Of a stretch of 32,316 nucleotides of DNA, positions 32,129 through 32,316 are shown in pieces. Origin of the DNA: Octopus bimaculoides. Lineage: Eukaryota. The number at the start of each line of letters is the position of its first letter. Position 1 is the first letter of the stretch. The notes beneath the pieces are model-generated. The model was not told the origin of the DNA. It made no database searches and saw only the letters and a program-made list of their open reading frames with translations. A program made the translations under genes and the position numbers. The stretch lies in contig NC_069005.1 in assembly GCF_001194135.2 (NCBI RefSeq), positions 9,651,301-9,683,616 of the forward strand, written 5' to 3'.

Positions 32129-32316
32129 TGACTGAACACTATTCAATTTTTTTTCTCCGTGTTTTTCTCCTTGTCTCCGTATTCTTTCTGTTGAAGAGCG
32201 TAGCTCGAAACGTTAAAGACTTTCTGTATTCCCGAGCATCAAACTAATACATCCTTTTGTTGTTTACACCACCTGTCCTCGTCTGTTGTTGTTTTTTTGT
32301 ACATTCTCCCATATAT
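32129..32316 (+). mobile_element. Probable Penelope-like terminal repeat fragment between (TA)n tracts
   Basis: Carries the minimal hammerhead-like motif. The class is inferred from that association only. Confidence 0.45.
32183..32219 (+). ncRNA. Minimal hammerhead-like motif with an A6-to-U core variant
   Basis: TCTTT-CTGTTGA-A-GAGC-GTA-GCTC-GAAAC-GTT-AAAGA: perfect stems I and II and palindromic ACGT stem III, but the core is CUGUUGA rather than CUGANGA. Confidence 0.55.

Overview
Eukaryotic, AT-rich, repeat-dominated draft-assembly DNA with 12 N-gaps (about 3.1 kb). The SINE families, microsatellite load and LINE relics resemble an octopus or other coleoid cephalopod genome; this is pattern recognition, not a database result. 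No complete protein-coding gene is supported. Almost all listed ORFs are read-throughs of microsatellites, trinucleotide tracts or N-gaps. Supported content: (1) many tRNA-headed SINE copies of at least three families plus (GAT)n-tailed RTE-type 3' ends; (2) four decayed transposon coding relics (two R4/Dong-like RLE non-LTR pieces, one RTE LINE C-terminus, one Tc1/mariner C-terminus); (3) two non-autonomous DNA elements, a hAT with a perfect 8-bp TSD and a 73-bp-TIR MITE in a (TA)n tract; (4) minisatellites of 14, 19 and about 52-56 bp period; (5) one plausible isolated 69-nt exon. The most interesting signal is a set of minimal type I hammerhead-ribozyme motifs in three unrelated repeat contexts (8322-8367 +, 19041-19085 +, 26027-26070 -, 32183-32219 +). 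All have an extra purine before stem II and a stem III too short to close as a monomer, the architecture of dimer-cleaving Penelope-associated hammerheads. One lies downstream of a Pol III tRNA-like head. No activity has been tested.
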